A DNA stretch of 64,000 nt, from positions 1,344,001 through 1,408,000 of the forward strand of contig CBDFMQ010000002.1 in NCBI GenBank assembly GCA_965249725.1. The letters are read 5' to 3'. The position numbers and the translations under genes are program-made. Shown in pieces: positions 12,694 through 22,849 of the stretch (the first letter of the stretch is position 1; every line of letters begins with the position of its first letter). The stretch is from Longimicrobiales bacterium. GTDB taxonomy: Bacteria; Gemmatimonadota; Gemmatimonadetes; Longimicrobiales; Gaopeijiaceae. The notes under the pieces are model-generated. The model searched no databases. It had not been told where the DNA came from and saw nothing but the letters and a program-made list of their open reading frames with translations.

Positions 12694-13659
12694 ATGACAT
12701 CCCTCAAGGCTCTCACCCTGCTTGTGGCCACGACAGTCGGCTGCTCGGCCGGCGACACTAGCCCGGGGATCGCGGAGCCGGTCACTCCACTTGGCTCCCT
12801 GAACGGACGTATCATCACGTCCGAGCTCCTCAGTGGATCCTGCGAGACTACGTCCCGGATCATCAGCTACGCCCCGGACGGAACCGATCCGCTGGTCCTG
12901 GTGGCCTCGGGTTCGAACGTCATGCCGGCCGCCGCTCCGGACGGTTCGACGATCCTCTACAGCTCATGCGTCGGAGCCGCCAGGGAGATCTTCGCCATGG
13001 ACAGCGACGGTGCGAATCGGCGCCAGCTCAGCTTCGACAGCGAGGGGGGTGGCAACTTCACACCCATCTACTCACCCGATCAGCAGCGAATCGCGTTCAC
13101 CGCCGCGCGGGGCGGTGCCAGCCCGGAGGTGTGGGTCATGAATGCCGACGGCACCGGGGCCATGAGACTGACCGAAACACCGGCGGCGCTCCCGGGCCAG
13201 CAATTCGTCTGGAGCCTGCATCCCACGTGGTCGGCCGACGGCCTGAGGATCGCCTACGCCTCGACCGCCAGCGGCAGCACACAGATCTGGATGATGAACA
13301 GCGACGGCACGGACCAGCGACAACTCACCTCCGGGCTGGGACCGGACTATCCCGATGCGAACGTCCCCCACTGGTCCCTGGACGGATCGAGGATCGCCTT
13401 CTGGTCGGGATTCGAAGGTCAGTACGGAGACGTTTGGACCATGGACCCGGATGGCTCGAACCCGATTCGCATCACGGACTCACCGGACCAAATCAACAAC
13501 GACGATCCTCACTGGTCGCCGGACGGCACCAAGGTCGTCTTCGGCCGCGGAGGACCTGGTCGGCCGCGGTCCATGTGGGTTATCGACGTCGAGACGGGAG
13601 AGGAGTCGGAGATCATCACCGGGGTGCAGTGGGCCGATTGGCAACCGGCACACGAATGA
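12694..13659 (+). CDS. TolB-like PD40 beta-propeller lipoprotein
   Basis: Lipobox-like TVGC; repeated PxWSPDGxxIxF and IWxMNxDGTxxRQLT blades. Confidence 0.88.
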   Translation: MTSLKALTLLVATTVGCSAGDTSPGIAEPVTPLGSLNGRIITSELLSGSCETTSRIISYAPDGTDPLVLVASGSNVMPAAAPDGSTILYSSCVGAAREIFAMDSDGANRRQLSFDSEGGGNFTPIYSPDQQRIAFTAARGGASPEVWVMNADGTGAMRLTETPAALPGQQFVWSLHPTWSADGLRIAYASTASGSTQIWMMNSDGTDQRQLTSGLGPDYPDANVPHWSLDGSRIAFWSGFEGQYGDVWTMDPDGSNPIRITDSPDQINNDDPHWSPDGTKVVFGRGGPGRPRSMWVIDVETGEESEIITGVQWADWQPAHE

Positions 13660-13823
13660 CCCCCCGCGGGTCTTCTCGACTGGCCCCCCCCGCCATACCG
13701 CTATCGCGTGAACACCTGGGTTGTAGCAGGCCGGGTCTCTATCATCGCGACAAGCTCACCTCACACCTAAATTGAGTAGTAGCAGCTACATGACAGACGG
13801 CCACGACATGGGGAGGCCGAAAA

Positions 13824-14396
13824 ATGACGGTTGCCGATCCGATCGCGGTCGACTTCGAGTTCACACCCGAGGACTGGGCCAGAGCCAATGCCACGCACTC
13901 GTGGAACTCCGAGTTGACCAAGAAGGCGCTCACGCAGATGCAGGTGTTGTTCGGTGTGATCGTGTCGCTCATGGCCGTGTTGCTCCTGCTGGGCGGCACG
14001 GCCGTAGGTGCCGTTGCCATGTTGATCGCCGGCACTCTCTTGGTCGGTGTACTCAAGCCTCTGGTCCGTCACTCTCAGAAGCGCCAGATCAAGAAAGTCG
14101 CCGATGTCGGGCTCATCAACGGCATCTTCGGACCTCATCATGTCGAGCTGCGCGAAGAGGGCATCCTGGATTCGACGACCGGATACGACTGGCTCGTGAA
14201 GTGGAGTGCCATCGAGGACATCAAGGAGTCGGACGGGTCCTTCCTCATCTACTCGGGCGCCAACTCGTTCTTGACGATCCCCTCCTCGGCGTTCCCTGAC
14301 ACCGAGACGCTGCGAGCCTTCGGTGACCGCTTCTTCCAACGCCTCGGGCAGGTCGAGACCGCGCTACCGCCGGGCGACGAGGGATTCGAAGAGTAG
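13824..14396 (+). CDS. YcxB-family membrane protein
   Basis: Two N-terminal TM helices then ELREEGI...KWSAIEDIKES...FLIY...IPSSAF pattern; GGGAGG RBS. Confidence 0.78.
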   Translation: MTVADPIAVDFEFTPEDWARANATHSWNSELTKKALTQMQVLFGVIVSLMAVLLLLGGTAVGAVAMLIAGTLLVGVLKPLVRHSQKRQIKKVADVGLINGIFGPHHVELREEGILDSTTGYDWLVKWSAIEDIKESDGSFLIYSGANSFLTIPSSAFPDTETLRAFGDRFFQRLGQVETALPPGDEGFEE

Positions 14397-14457
14397 CGAA
14401 CAGCTCTTTCCTCGATCTGCGAGACCCAGGGTACGCCCCATTTATCCCATATTTGAA

Positions 14458-14491
14458 TTGCATCGCCCGTACTTTCGGTTTATATTCGGTT
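14458..14491 (+). promoter_or_regulatory. sigma70-like promoter overlapped by TTCGG-N6-TTCGG operator
   Basis: TTGCAT (14458-63), 17 bp, TATATT (14481-86); TTCGGTTTATATTCGGTT at 14474-14491. Confidence 0.72.
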
Positions 14492-14516
14492 TCCGTACAT
14501 ACCGTAACACCGAGAC

Positions 14517-14828
14517 GTGATGAACCCTCCTATTCCATCGTCCAGCGGTGCCAATAACGGGCGACCGAGCAGACTTCGACGGCAGAAGCTGCGTCCGTTG
14601 AGGTCTCCCTCTCCCATCCAGGTCCGGATTGACGATGATGGGCTTCCCGCCGAGTTGCACCGACGCGGCAGGCGATTCCGAGTTGTGGCAGTGCGAGAGC
14701 GTTGGAGGATCGACGACGAGTGGTGGCGCACCCCCATCTCCAGGGAATACTTCGCTCTCGTTCTGGAAGACGGACGGCCTATCATCCTCTTCCGAGACCT
14801 CGTGGCCGGGGGATGGTACGGACAGTGA
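14517..14828 (+). CDS. Stand-alone ImuB C-terminal-domain (DUF6504-like) protein
   Basis: LRPLRSPSPIQV...ERWRIDDEWWR...REYF...LFRDLVAGGWY matches the recalled ImuB C-terminal EWW/RDYY pattern. Confidence 0.75.
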   Translation: MMNPPIPSSSGANNGRPSRLRRQKLRPLRSPSPIQVRIDDDGLPAELHRRGRRFRVVAVRERWRIDDEWWRTPISREYFALVLEDGRPIILFRDLVAGGWYGQ

Positions 14829-14838
14829 CGATTCTACA

Positions 14839-15537
14839 GTGAAGATCCTCCGAATCCACCTCGCCCCGAAGAAGAGAGATCGGGTTCTGGTGCACATCGA
14901 GGGGCGGGAGCCACTCGAGATCGCCCTGGACGTCATGGATCGATCGGGAATTCATGTGGGCACCGAACTGGAGCCCGCGGATCTCGCTCGACTGCAGGAG
15001 GACGACGCCAAATGGCGCGTTCGCCAGGCCGCGCTTCATCTCCTCTCGTATCAGCCACGCGCCGAGCAGGAGCTTCGCACGCGGCTCCGAGCCAAGGACC
15101 ATCCCCCTGCCCTGGTCGAGTGGTGTATCCACCTCTTGCGAGAGCAGGGGTTCCTGGACGATGCGGCCTTTGCGGCCGCCTTCGCCCGCAGCCGCATCCG
15201 ACTTCGTCCGCGGGGACGCTTCCGTCTGATGCAGGAGCTCAGACAAAAGGGAGTCCCGGGCGAGGTTGCCGACAAGGCCATCGAAAACGCGTTCTGCGAC
15301 GAAGAGACTTCGGAGCAGAGGCTCGCCTCAGAGGCGGCACAGAAGTGGATCGAGCGTCAGAGTCGAACGGTGGCCGAGGCGCTCGCGGCGAACGATCGCT
15401 CCCCGGAGCGGGAACGTGGACGACGCCGTCTACACGCCTTCTTGAGTCGGCGCGGCTTCGCATCCGACGCCATCAACTCGGCTCTGACGGCAGCCTTTGA
15501 GCGAGCCGCCGATCTGTGCGTTCCCGAGGCGAGCTAG
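14839..15537 (+). CDS. recX: RecA regulator RecX
   Basis: ALHLLSYQPRAEQELRTRL, GFLDDAAFA, ELRQKGV, FLSRRGF; GTG start 10 bp after the upstream stop. Confidence 0.9.
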   Translation: MKILRIHLAPKKRDRVLVHIEGREPLEIALDVMDRSGIHVGTELEPADLARLQEDDAKWRVRQAALHLLSYQPRAEQELRTRLRAKDHPPALVEWCIHLLREQGFLDDAAFAAAFARSRIRLRPRGRFRLMQELRQKGVPGEVADKAIENAFCDEETSEQRLASEAAQKWIERQSRTVAEALAANDRSPERERGRRRLHAFLSRRGFASDAINSALTAAFERAADLCVPEAS

Positions 15538-15563
15538 CCCGGCCCGCCTCCGAAAGAGGCGGA

Positions 15564-18500
15564 CTAGCCCGCCCGAGCCTCGGAGTCTTCGTCCCGCATC
15601 TCCTGGAGCGCGTCTCGGATGCCCTGCGTCAGATCCCTCTCCTGGCGCAACTGGACCAGTAGCCGCTCGGCCTCCTTGGCCTCGTATGTGAGCTGCCCGG
15701 ACGTCGAAATGACCTGGTCCACGACGGCCTTCTGACTGCGCAGCGACTCGAGCCCCGCCCGAATGTCCATGAGCAGACCGTCGGCGCGAGCCAGACGCCC
15801 CTCGGCAGCCTCGACCTGCTCTTGGCGCCGATCGATCGTATCCAGCACTTCGGTCATCTCTTCGGCCTTGGCACGGAGCACTACGAGGTTCTCGCTGGCG
15901 GTCTGTACCTCGTCGGTGGCCGCCGAGATGGCCCGCACGTCCTTCAGCGTGTTCTCGGCACGGGCGAAGAGGTCCTGAACCTCGTCGCGCACCTGATCGA
16001 TGCTCCCCTGTCTCGCGATCAGCGTCTCGACCGAACGGCCGAGCTCCGCGAGCTTCTCTTCGAACTGCGTGATGCGCTTCTCAGCGAACTGCAGGCTTCC
16101 GGCGCGCGCTTCAAGGAGTTCAGCGCGGTTTCCTACCTTGGCGGACTGCTCCTCCGCCTGCGCCAGGTGTTCGCTGACCGAGCGCAGCTGGTCCTCGAGT
16201 GATTGAACGACGTCGCCCGCCTCCTGCCGCAAGCTGGCTACCCGATCGAGGTGCTCCATCGCCTTGTCGAGAGCCTGCTGACGCTGTCCAATATCGGCCG
16301 CCACGCGGTCGACCCGTTCGGACAGCGACTTGATGTACTCGGCTCGCTCCACCGACGCATCGACGCCCTCTCCCAACTCCTCCATACGGTTCTCCGCCTT
16401 CCGAACGGAGGCCGTGACCTCTTCGATCACACTTCGCACCTCGTCCGCCGCGTTGGCCTGCACCGCCACCGCCTCGAAACGGCGGTCGGCGTCGGACAGG
16501 CTCGCGAGCAGGTTGCTCGTCCGCTCGTCGAGTTGGGCGCCGATCTCCCTCAACTCCGACATGCGATTGTCGAGCTCGGTCAGCGTCGGTTCGCGTTGCT
16601 CCAACTGATAGGCGGCCGCGATGACGCGATCGGCGTTCTTCCGCATGTGGTCGACGTTTGCCGTGAGGTCGTCCAGCTGTGCCATCCTCTGGCGGAGTTC
16701 GCCGATGGACTCCTGCGCCGTGGCCAGCCACGCACCGGTTTCCATCTGACCCGCCTGCATGCGCTCGATCTCGGCTCGGGTGGCACGGAGACGCTCGAGG
16801 GCGTTCACGACCTCCTCGTGAGAGCCTCGGAGAGTCGTGAGATCCCGGACGGCATCCTGCACTTCGGCTTCACGCGCTTCGATGCGCTCGAGCCGGCTGG
16901 CCACCTCGATCGCCGACGCTTCCGCTCTCGTCATCCCTTCCCTCATACCGGCGACCAACTCGACCTGTTCGCTGAGTTGATCGAGGTGAGAAGACAGCGA
17001 CGTCAGGCGTCCGGCCAGGTGATCGCCCCTACGCGTGGCCTCACTGACACGCTGGCTCGCTTCATCGAGCGCACGGAAGCGACCCTCGAATTCGGTCACG
17101 CCGCCACGCAGATCGGTGATCCGGTGGTCGATGGCCGCGAGGTTGGCCTGTCCGAGCTCGTAGCTCTGCGTGCTGGTACGCACCTCCTCCTGCAGGCTGA
17201 CCAACGACGCTCGGAGCTCCTTGTCCTCCGCTCGAATCCTGGTCTGTCCGGCCCGAAGCTCCTCCGACTGTTCGGCCACCTTCGAGTGCAGCTTCCGCAG
17301 TGATGCAACGCTGGCGTTGACCTTCTTCACCTCTTTGACCTGCCCCTTCGCCTCCTTGAGCTTCGACTCCAGCTCCCAGTGGAGGTCGGTGAGGGCGCGA
17401 GCCTGTGCCTCCGTCCGATCGATGGCCTCACGCTGGCGTTCCAAGGCGGCGGTCTTCTGGCTCACGTGGTCCGAGAGACCCCGCAGCGCATTGAGTTGGC
17501 GCTCCGTGCGACTCGCCAACTCCTCCGCTTTGGTGAGGTCCTGCATGGTGTTCTCGACACTGGCCACCCGGTTGCTGGCGTGTTCCACACCCTTGTCCAG
17601 AGCATCCATCTTGGACTGGAGCTCGGCGTACCGAGACAGGAGAGCCTCTTGGGTACTGCGCGCGTCGGACTGGTCTTCCTTGATGCGGGCGACGTCTTCG
17701 CTGTAGTCCAGAGACTTGGCCCTCGCCTCCTCGACTTGTGCGCGGAGCTTGGAGAGGGCACCCGATGGCCCGGCGATATCGGCGATCTCCTGGCGGGCCA
17801 CCGCCACCGACTCGACACCCTTGTTGAGGTCGGCCACCCGCGCATCCAGATCTTTGACCTCTCCCGAGGCCGACTGTATCGCGTTCAGCGCGGTCTGCTG
17901 ATTGGCGGCGACGGAGTCGGTCTTCCTGCTGATCTCCTCCACCCGCCCTTCGAGCTGACCGAGATCGAGCGTACGACCCTCGATGCGGGCGAGCTCCTCT
18001 TTCAGTTTTCCGAACTCCTTCTGCACGATGGAGAGGCCCCCATTCGGCCCCAGGAGTTCCGACATGACCGCGCGGGCATCGGACACCTTCTCCACCTCCA
18101 CCTGCAATTCGGTTACCTGACCCTCGAGCCGATTGGCCGAATTCGTGCCTCTCGTCACGGTGTCGGCGAGCTCCTTCTGAGAAGCTCCGATCTCCGCGAT
18201 CTGGCCCTCTACCAGATCCAACTGCGCGGAGGTCTCCTTTAGAGCAGATCCACGATCCTGCATCTGCTGCAGCTCCTCGCGGAGCACGTTCACCCGCTTG
18301 AGCAGTGTGGCGACGGTGCCGTACGGCCCGGCCATCTCCGTGAGGTCGTCGCGCGCCGTGACGATCTCGTCCACCATGGAGCGGATGTCTCGGACCTGCA
18401 TCTTCAGATCGCTGACCCTCTTCGAGGCATCGTCCAAGGTGGTCGCCGACTTGCTCTGGGACTCGATAAGCTCCTTGGCCCGTCTCTCGACGGAGTCGAC

Positions 18501-18770
18501 CTGCTCCGACACGTCCGTGAACGAGTCGACACGCGCCTGGAGTTCCTTCACCCGCTGGGACATGGATTCCGCGCTCGCCTGGACAGCCGCCAACGGCCCG
18601 GACACGTCTTGGAGCGCCTGCTGTGCCTTCTCCGAACGCCTGAGCAGGTCCCTCAGCGCTTTCCGGTCTCTCTTGGCCTGCGCGAATATCTTCTGGAGAT
18701 CTTCGGGAAGCTCGGTGAGTTGGTTGACCTCTTCGCTTCCGCCGAAGAGCGACTTGATCCAGGACGCCAT
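15564..18770 (-). CDS. Very long coiled-coil protein (1068 aa), function unknown
   Basis: Near-continuous heptad-rich L/E/Q/A/R sequence with very few prolines; no Walker motifs or TM segment; GAGAGG RBS. Confidence 0.85.
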   Translation of the reverse strand: MASWIKSLFGGSEEVNQLTELPEDLQKIFAQAKRDRKALRDLLRRSEKAQQALQDVSGPLAAVQASAESMSQRVKELQARVDSFTDVSEQVDSVERRAKELIESQSKSATTLDDASKRVSDLKMQVRDIRSMVDEIVTARDDLTEMAGPYGTVATLLKRVNVLREELQQMQDRGSALKETSAQLDLVEGQIAEIGASQKELADTVTRGTNSANRLEGQVTELQVEVEKVSDARAVMSELLGPNGGLSIVQKEFGKLKEELARIEGRTLDLGQLEGRVEEISRKTDSVAANQQTALNAIQSASGEVKDLDARVADLNKGVESVAVARQEIADIAGPSGALSKLRAQVEEARAKSLDYSEDVARIKEDQSDARSTQEALLSRYAELQSKMDALDKGVEHASNRVASVENTMQDLTKAEELASRTERQLNALRGLSDHVSQKTAALERQREAIDRTEAQARALTDLHWELESKLKEAKGQVKEVKKVNASVASLRKLHSKVAEQSEELRAGQTRIRAEDKELRASLVSLQEEVRTSTQSYELGQANLAAIDHRITDLRGGVTEFEGRFRALDEASQRVSEATRRGDHLAGRLTSLSSHLDQLSEQVELVAGMREGMTRAEASAIEVASRLERIEAREAEVQDAVRDLTTLRGSHEEVVNALERLRATRAEIERMQAGQMETGAWLATAQESIGELRQRMAQLDDLTANVDHMRKNADRVIAAAYQLEQREPTLTELDNRMSELREIGAQLDERTSNLLASLSDADRRFEAVAVQANAADEVRSVIEEVTASVRKAENRMEELGEGVDASVERAEYIKSLSERVDRVAADIGQRQQALDKAMEHLDRVASLRQEAGDVVQSLEDQLRSVSEHLAQAEEQSAKVGNRAELLEARAGSLQFAEKRITQFEEKLAELGRSVETLIARQGSIDQVRDEVQDLFARAENTLKDVRAISAATDEVQTASENLVVLRAKAEEMTEVLDTIDRRQEQVEAAEGRLARADGLLMDIRAGLESLRSQKAVVDQVISTSGQLTYEAKEAERLLVQLRQERDLTQGIRDALQEMRDEDSEARAG

Positions 18771-18915
18771 CATTCCTCTCGATCGGGGTTCGTCGGGCTT
18801 CAGCGGGAATGTGTCACGGCTACTCGGAAAATACCATGCACCCTCCCCAATCGGCCAACCCGCCGCGGAAGGACGCGGTTGCGAGAGGCATCAGGCGCGG
18901 GCCACTCTTGACGCC

Positions 18916-19263
18916 ATGTCTCAAGCACTCACGGTGGAACAGGTCGAGGACCTACGTCAGGACCTCGAGCGAGAACTGCGCCGACTCCAGCGAAGCATCG
19001 GAGCGAGCGATCGCGCCAGCGAGGTCGTCGAGCTGGATCAGACGGCGGTAGGAAGGCTCTCGCGCATGGACTCCCTGCAGAACCAGAGCATGGCCAAGAG
19101 CCTGCGAGAACGGGAGGACGTGAAGCTCGCTTTGATCCTCGAGGCCCTGCAGCGAGTAGAGCAAGGCCGGTATGGACTCTGCACCGTGTGTGGGAATCCG
19201 ATCGAGATCGGGCGGCTCACCGTCTTTCCCGAGTCGCGGGAGTGCGCGGGATGCGGGGGGTGA
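18916..19263 (+). CDS. TraR/DksA C4 zinc-finger protein
   Basis: ALQRVEQGRYGLCTVCGNPIEIGRL...CAGC; helical hairpin with GRLSRMD tip. Confidence 0.88.
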   Translation: MSQALTVEQVEDLRQDLERELRRLQRSIGASDRASEVVELDQTAVGRLSRMDSLQNQSMAKSLREREDVKLALILEALQRVEQGRYGLCTVCGNPIEIGRLTVFPESRECAGCGG

Positions 19264-19363
19264 TCGTCAAGGAACGCACCCTTTTCGGGTCAGGTCGGTA
19301 GTAGGGCTGGGCATTCCTCTGACGACACGGGCGTGAGGCTGGCGGGGACTAGGAGGGGAGACA

Positions 19364-19960
19364 GTGGAAGCACTCGTATACGACTTCGGCACCTGGCTCG
19401 AATCGATCGGCGCATGGGCGTACATCCTGGCTCCCCTCGCGATGGCCTGCGTCGCGATCCTACCCATCCCCGCCGAGTTCCCAGCGGTCCTCAACGGCAT
19501 GATGTTCGGGCCCGTGCTCGGGACCATCTTCACCTGGGGTGGGGCCCTGGCCGGCGCCCAGATCAGCTTCGAGTTGGCCCGCAGGCTCGGGCGCCCGCTC
19601 GCTGAACGCTTCGTTCCGGAGCGGTCCCTGGAGAAGGCGGATCGAATCGTCCTCAAGGCGGATTGGTGGGGTCTTCTCGTTCCCCGTTTCATACCGGTGA
19701 TCGCCTTTACCGCCCTCAACTGGGGCGCGGGCCTCACTCCGGTACCCCGCCGCCGGTTCTTCTGGACGACGGCGGTCGGCATCTTCCCCGGCGCACTCGT
19801 GTTCACGGCGTCGGGTGCCGGCCTCCCATTCCTCCTCGAGCGCTTTCCCGGCGCGACCTGGGTGGTCGCGGGGTTGCTCACGGCCTACGGGGGTCTGTGT
19901 CTCTATCGGAGTAAGGCGCCTGACCAAGCGACGCCAGAGGTCGGGCCGACGGCCGCATAG
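19364..19960 (+). CDS. DedA-superfamily TVP38/TMEM64 membrane protein
   Basis: PIPAEF, GMMFGP, RFIPVIAF, LNWGAGLT motifs; GGAGG RBS. Confidence 0.88.
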   Translation: MEALVYDFGTWLESIGAWAYILAPLAMACVAILPIPAEFPAVLNGMMFGPVLGTIFTWGGALAGAQISFELARRLGRPLAERFVPERSLEKADRIVLKADWWGLLVPRFIPVIAFTALNWGAGLTPVPRRRFFWTTAVGIFPGALVFTASGAGLPFLLERFPGATWVVAGLLTAYGGLCLYRSKAPDQATPEVGPTAA

Positions 19961-20001
19961 TCGACGGGGGACGGAGGGGGATCAGGCGACCCAGGGACCC
20001 C

Positions 20002-20829
20002 CTAGGTGTCTCCGATGACCGAAGACCACCCCCTCGCGTAGAGATCCGCCGGGCGCGTCAGATACCCGGGGTACTCCGCGACCGCTGCCACCGCCCGGCG
20101 TGACTCCAGCTCTACGACAGCCACCGGATCGGTCCCCTCGTACAGCACGTCACCGTCGGGAGCGACCGCCAGTGACGGGCCTCCGATGTCGACATCGAAC
20201 TCGGGGCGCGGTCGGTTCACGGAAAGCAGATAGGCATCCGCCATCACCGCGTTGGCCCGTAGCACCAGCCGCCATCGCCTGTACGTCGCGCTGGGTGTGG
20301 CGCGGGGTACCAGGATTACCTCGGCCCCCTGGCTGCGGAGCAGTTGCGCTCCCTGGGGTCGATTGATATCGGAGCAAATCTGTACGCCTACAGTGATGCC
20401 CGGCCCCGTCATCACCTGCGGCGGCTCTCCACCGGGCACGTAGTGCGACGTCTCCCAGTAGCCTTCCTCCTCGGGCAGATGGACCTTCCTGTATCTGCCC
20501 GACTCCTGACCACGGGCATCGTACAGCACGGCCGTGTTGTGCCTAAGGCCGGTGTCCGGGTCCTTCACGATGACGCCGCCCAAGAGGGAGATGCCCGCTT
20601 CGGCCGCGGACTCGGCGAGTGCGCGCTGGCGGGCTCCGTCCGGCGCTTCGGCATCTTCGTCCTTGGACTCTCGCGTGGCAGGCGACCACGGATTCAGAGG
20701 GAGTTCGGGGAGGATGGCCAGCGTGGCATCGAGTGCCCGCGCCTCGCCCAGAAGGCCCGTCAGCCGCGACGCGTCCGGGTCCTCATGGAACACCTCGGTA
20801 ATGAGCGCCACGCGCACACGATCGTCCAT
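20002..20829 (-). CDS. Carbon-nitrogen hydrolase (nitrilase superfamily)
   Basis: Catalytic triad contexts LPEL, YRKVHLP, QICSD. Confidence 0.9.
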   Translation of the reverse strand: MDDRVRVALITEVFHEDPDASRLTGLLGEARALDATLAILPELPLNPWSPATRESKDEDAEAPDGARQRALAESAAEAGISLLGGVIVKDPDTGLRHNTAVLYDARGQESGRYRKVHLPEEEGYWETSHYVPGGEPPQVMTGPGITVGVQICSDINRPQGAQLLRSQGAEVILVPRATPSATYRRWRLVLRANAVMADAYLLSVNRPRPEFDVDIGGPSLAVAPDGDVLYEGTDPVAVVELESRRAVAAVAEYPGYLTRPADLYARGWSSVIGDT

Positions 20830-20884
20830 CGATTCCCCGCTGAGTTTCAGGCCCGCGCCCTGCCAGCATCAGAACCTGTGGGCA

Positions 20885-22129
20885 TCAGAAGAAGTGGGTC
20901 AACGAAAGGTAGAGTATGGTCGGAGTCAGGCCGAACTCGGACCCGATCATGGCCGGGGCCAGGGCGTCTTCTCCGAAGCCTAGGAACACACCCCCTCGCA
21001 GGCTCGAGTTGGAGCTGAACGCATAAGTCCCACCGCCCGAGAGAAGCACGCTGCCGTCCGAGAGGCTGGTCAGCGCCAAAAGATCCGCGCCCCACAGCGG
21101 ATGGATCCGGTAGGAAGCCTGAGTGGCGAAAGCATCACCCGACAGGAGCTGGAGTTCGCCCCTCAGGAACGCCGGGGAGAGGGCGGCCTGAAACAGCTCA
21201 TCCGCATCCGAGGCGCCATAACCGTCGTGCCGATACTCGACGATCCAGTAGAGATCCCGGTCGATCACGGAGAACAGACGATCGACCCCCACCGTGCCCC
21301 TCAGCACGGCGTCCCCTGAGTCGTCCCGCATGGAGACCTCGGTGCGCACGGCCCAGCTGCGTAACGCACCCACCGCGCTCACGGCCCCCGCGGCCTCGTC
21401 GAACAGGACACCTCCCCACGCGGCGACATCCCATCCGCGCCAGTTCGTCTTGCCACGCACGAGCGCCGTGACCTGATCTCCCGCAGCGGACGAGGTGGGC
21501 CGAACGACGATCTCCACCTCGCTGAAGGCTCCCGGATAGGTGCGCACCCGGACGGCGTCGATGCCGGCCCGGTACTCTCGAAACGGATCGGCCGGATCGA
21601 ACGGGGTGAACGGGTCGGCGGGCGTGAGAATGAGCGTGCTCGCCCACGATACCACCTGCCGTCCAACGGAGATCTCCGTCGACTCCCCGAGGGGCGAAGT
21701 CAGCGCCAGCCGATCCAGACGATGCCGCCAGGAGACGTGGTCACTCTCCTCGGCGGTCCAGTCGAGTTCCAGCCAGTTGACCTCGGCGGCCGGCACCAGG
21801 GCCACCACCCCCGTGCCCATCAGCACCTCGGAGCTGACCTGAAGCGTGTGCTCGTACGCCACGTCCACGGCCAATGGCCCGAGCGAGGGTTGCCACATGA
21901 GACGAAGACGCTGGAAGTCGGCCACTCCTGACTCGCTAACGGGGCTCTGCCCCGAGTGGCTGCCGAGGTTGAGATAGTACGCGGACAGATCGCCGACCTG
22001 CGCCCCAACGTCGCTCGATGCGGCCGTGAGAGAGGCGACCGATACGATGAATGCCCTGGCGACGCGTGTTCTGACGACGCGTGCCCTCCGGCTGCCGACG
22101 CCTTTCACGCGACCCCCATCGTGCTGCAC
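20885..22129 (-). CDS. Putative outer-membrane beta-barrel partner of the ABC system (start uncertain)
   Basis: Signal-like N-terminus, RLDRL...GRQVVSW...GIDAVR pattern, C-terminal LSLTHFF beta-signal. Confidence 0.7.
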   Translation of the reverse strand: MQHDGGRVKGVGSRRARVVRTRVARAFIVSVASLTAASSDVGAQVGDLSAYYLNLGSHSGQSPVSESGVADFQRLRLMWQPSLGPLAVDVAYEHTLQVSSEVLMGTGVVALVPAAEVNWLELDWTAEESDHVSWRHRLDRLALTSPLGESTEISVGRQVVSWASTLILTPADPFTPFDPADPFREYRAGIDAVRVRTYPGAFSEVEIVVRPTSSAAGDQVTALVRGKTNWRGWDVAAWGGVLFDEAAGAVSAVGALRSWAVRTEVSMRDDSGDAVLRGTVGVDRLFSVIDRDLYWIVEYRHDGYGASDADELFQAALSPAFLRGELQLLSGDAFATQASYRIHPLWGADLLALTSLSDGSVLLSGGGTYAFSSNSSLRGGVFLGFGEDALAPAMIGSEFGLTPTILYLSLTHFF

Positions 22130-22135
22130 AGGCCG

Positions 22136-22849
22136 CTAGACGCTCTCGTCCGTCGCGATCTGCCCGTCCACCAGACTCACGCGGCGGCGGGCACGCTCCA
22201 CCACACGGGGGTCGTGCGTCGAGAACAAGAAGGTGGTGCCGTGCTCCCGGTTCAGTTCCTCCATCACGTCGAGTAGCGCGTCACTGGTGTGTGAGTCGAG
22301 GTTGGCCGTCGGCTCGTCCGCGAGGACCAGCGTGGGCTGCCCGATCACGGCCCGAGCGACCGCGACGCGTTGCTGTTGCCCCCCCGACAGCCTTCCCGGC
22401 CGGCGATCCTCCAGCCCCTCGAGCCCGATCTCCTCGAAGAGCTCACGCACACGCCGGTGTCGTTCCTCAGCGGGCACACCTCGAAGCACGAGCGAGAACT
22501 CTGCGTTCTCGAGAGCCGACAGCACGGGAAGCAGATTGAACGCCTGGAAGACGAACCCGATGCTCTCCAGCCGGAGCCGTGCGAGCTCCTTGTTGGAGAG
22601 GTCCGTGATCTCGTCGTCGCGGATCCAGATGCGCCCGCTCGTCGGTCGGGTCAGTCCTCCCAACATGTTGAGCAGGGTCGTCTTCCCGGATCCGGAGGGA
22701 CCCGCCATGGTCATGAAGTCGCCCCCCCGTATCTCGAGAGAGACGCCGCGCACGGCTTCGACCGGCTCCGGCTCCTGGGGATAGATCTTCCAGACGTCTT
22801 CGGTACGCACGGCGATATCGGTCGCTACCATCGGGCTCTCGGTCGTCAT
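22136..22849 (-). CDS. ABC ATP-binding protein, LolD/MacB type
   Basis: GPSGSGKT, FVFQAFNL, LSGGQQQRVAVARA, LADEPTANLD, STHD. Confidence 0.95.
   Translation of the reverse strand: MTTESPMVATDIAVRTEDVWKIYPQEPEPVEAVRGVSLEIRGGDFMTMAGPSGSGKTTLLNMLGGLTRPTSGRIWIRDDEITDLSNKELARLRLESIGFVFQAFNLLPVLSALENAEFSLVLRGVPAEERHRRVRELFEEIGLEGLEDRRPGRLSGGQQQRVAVARAVIGQPTLVLADEPTANLDSHTSDALLDVMEELNREHGTTFLFSTHDPRVVERARRRVSLVDGQIATDESV

Noticed and set aside
15564..18770. SMC/SbcC or phage tape-measure call
   Set aside because: No Walker A/B, signature motif or hinge; no phage genes nearby.
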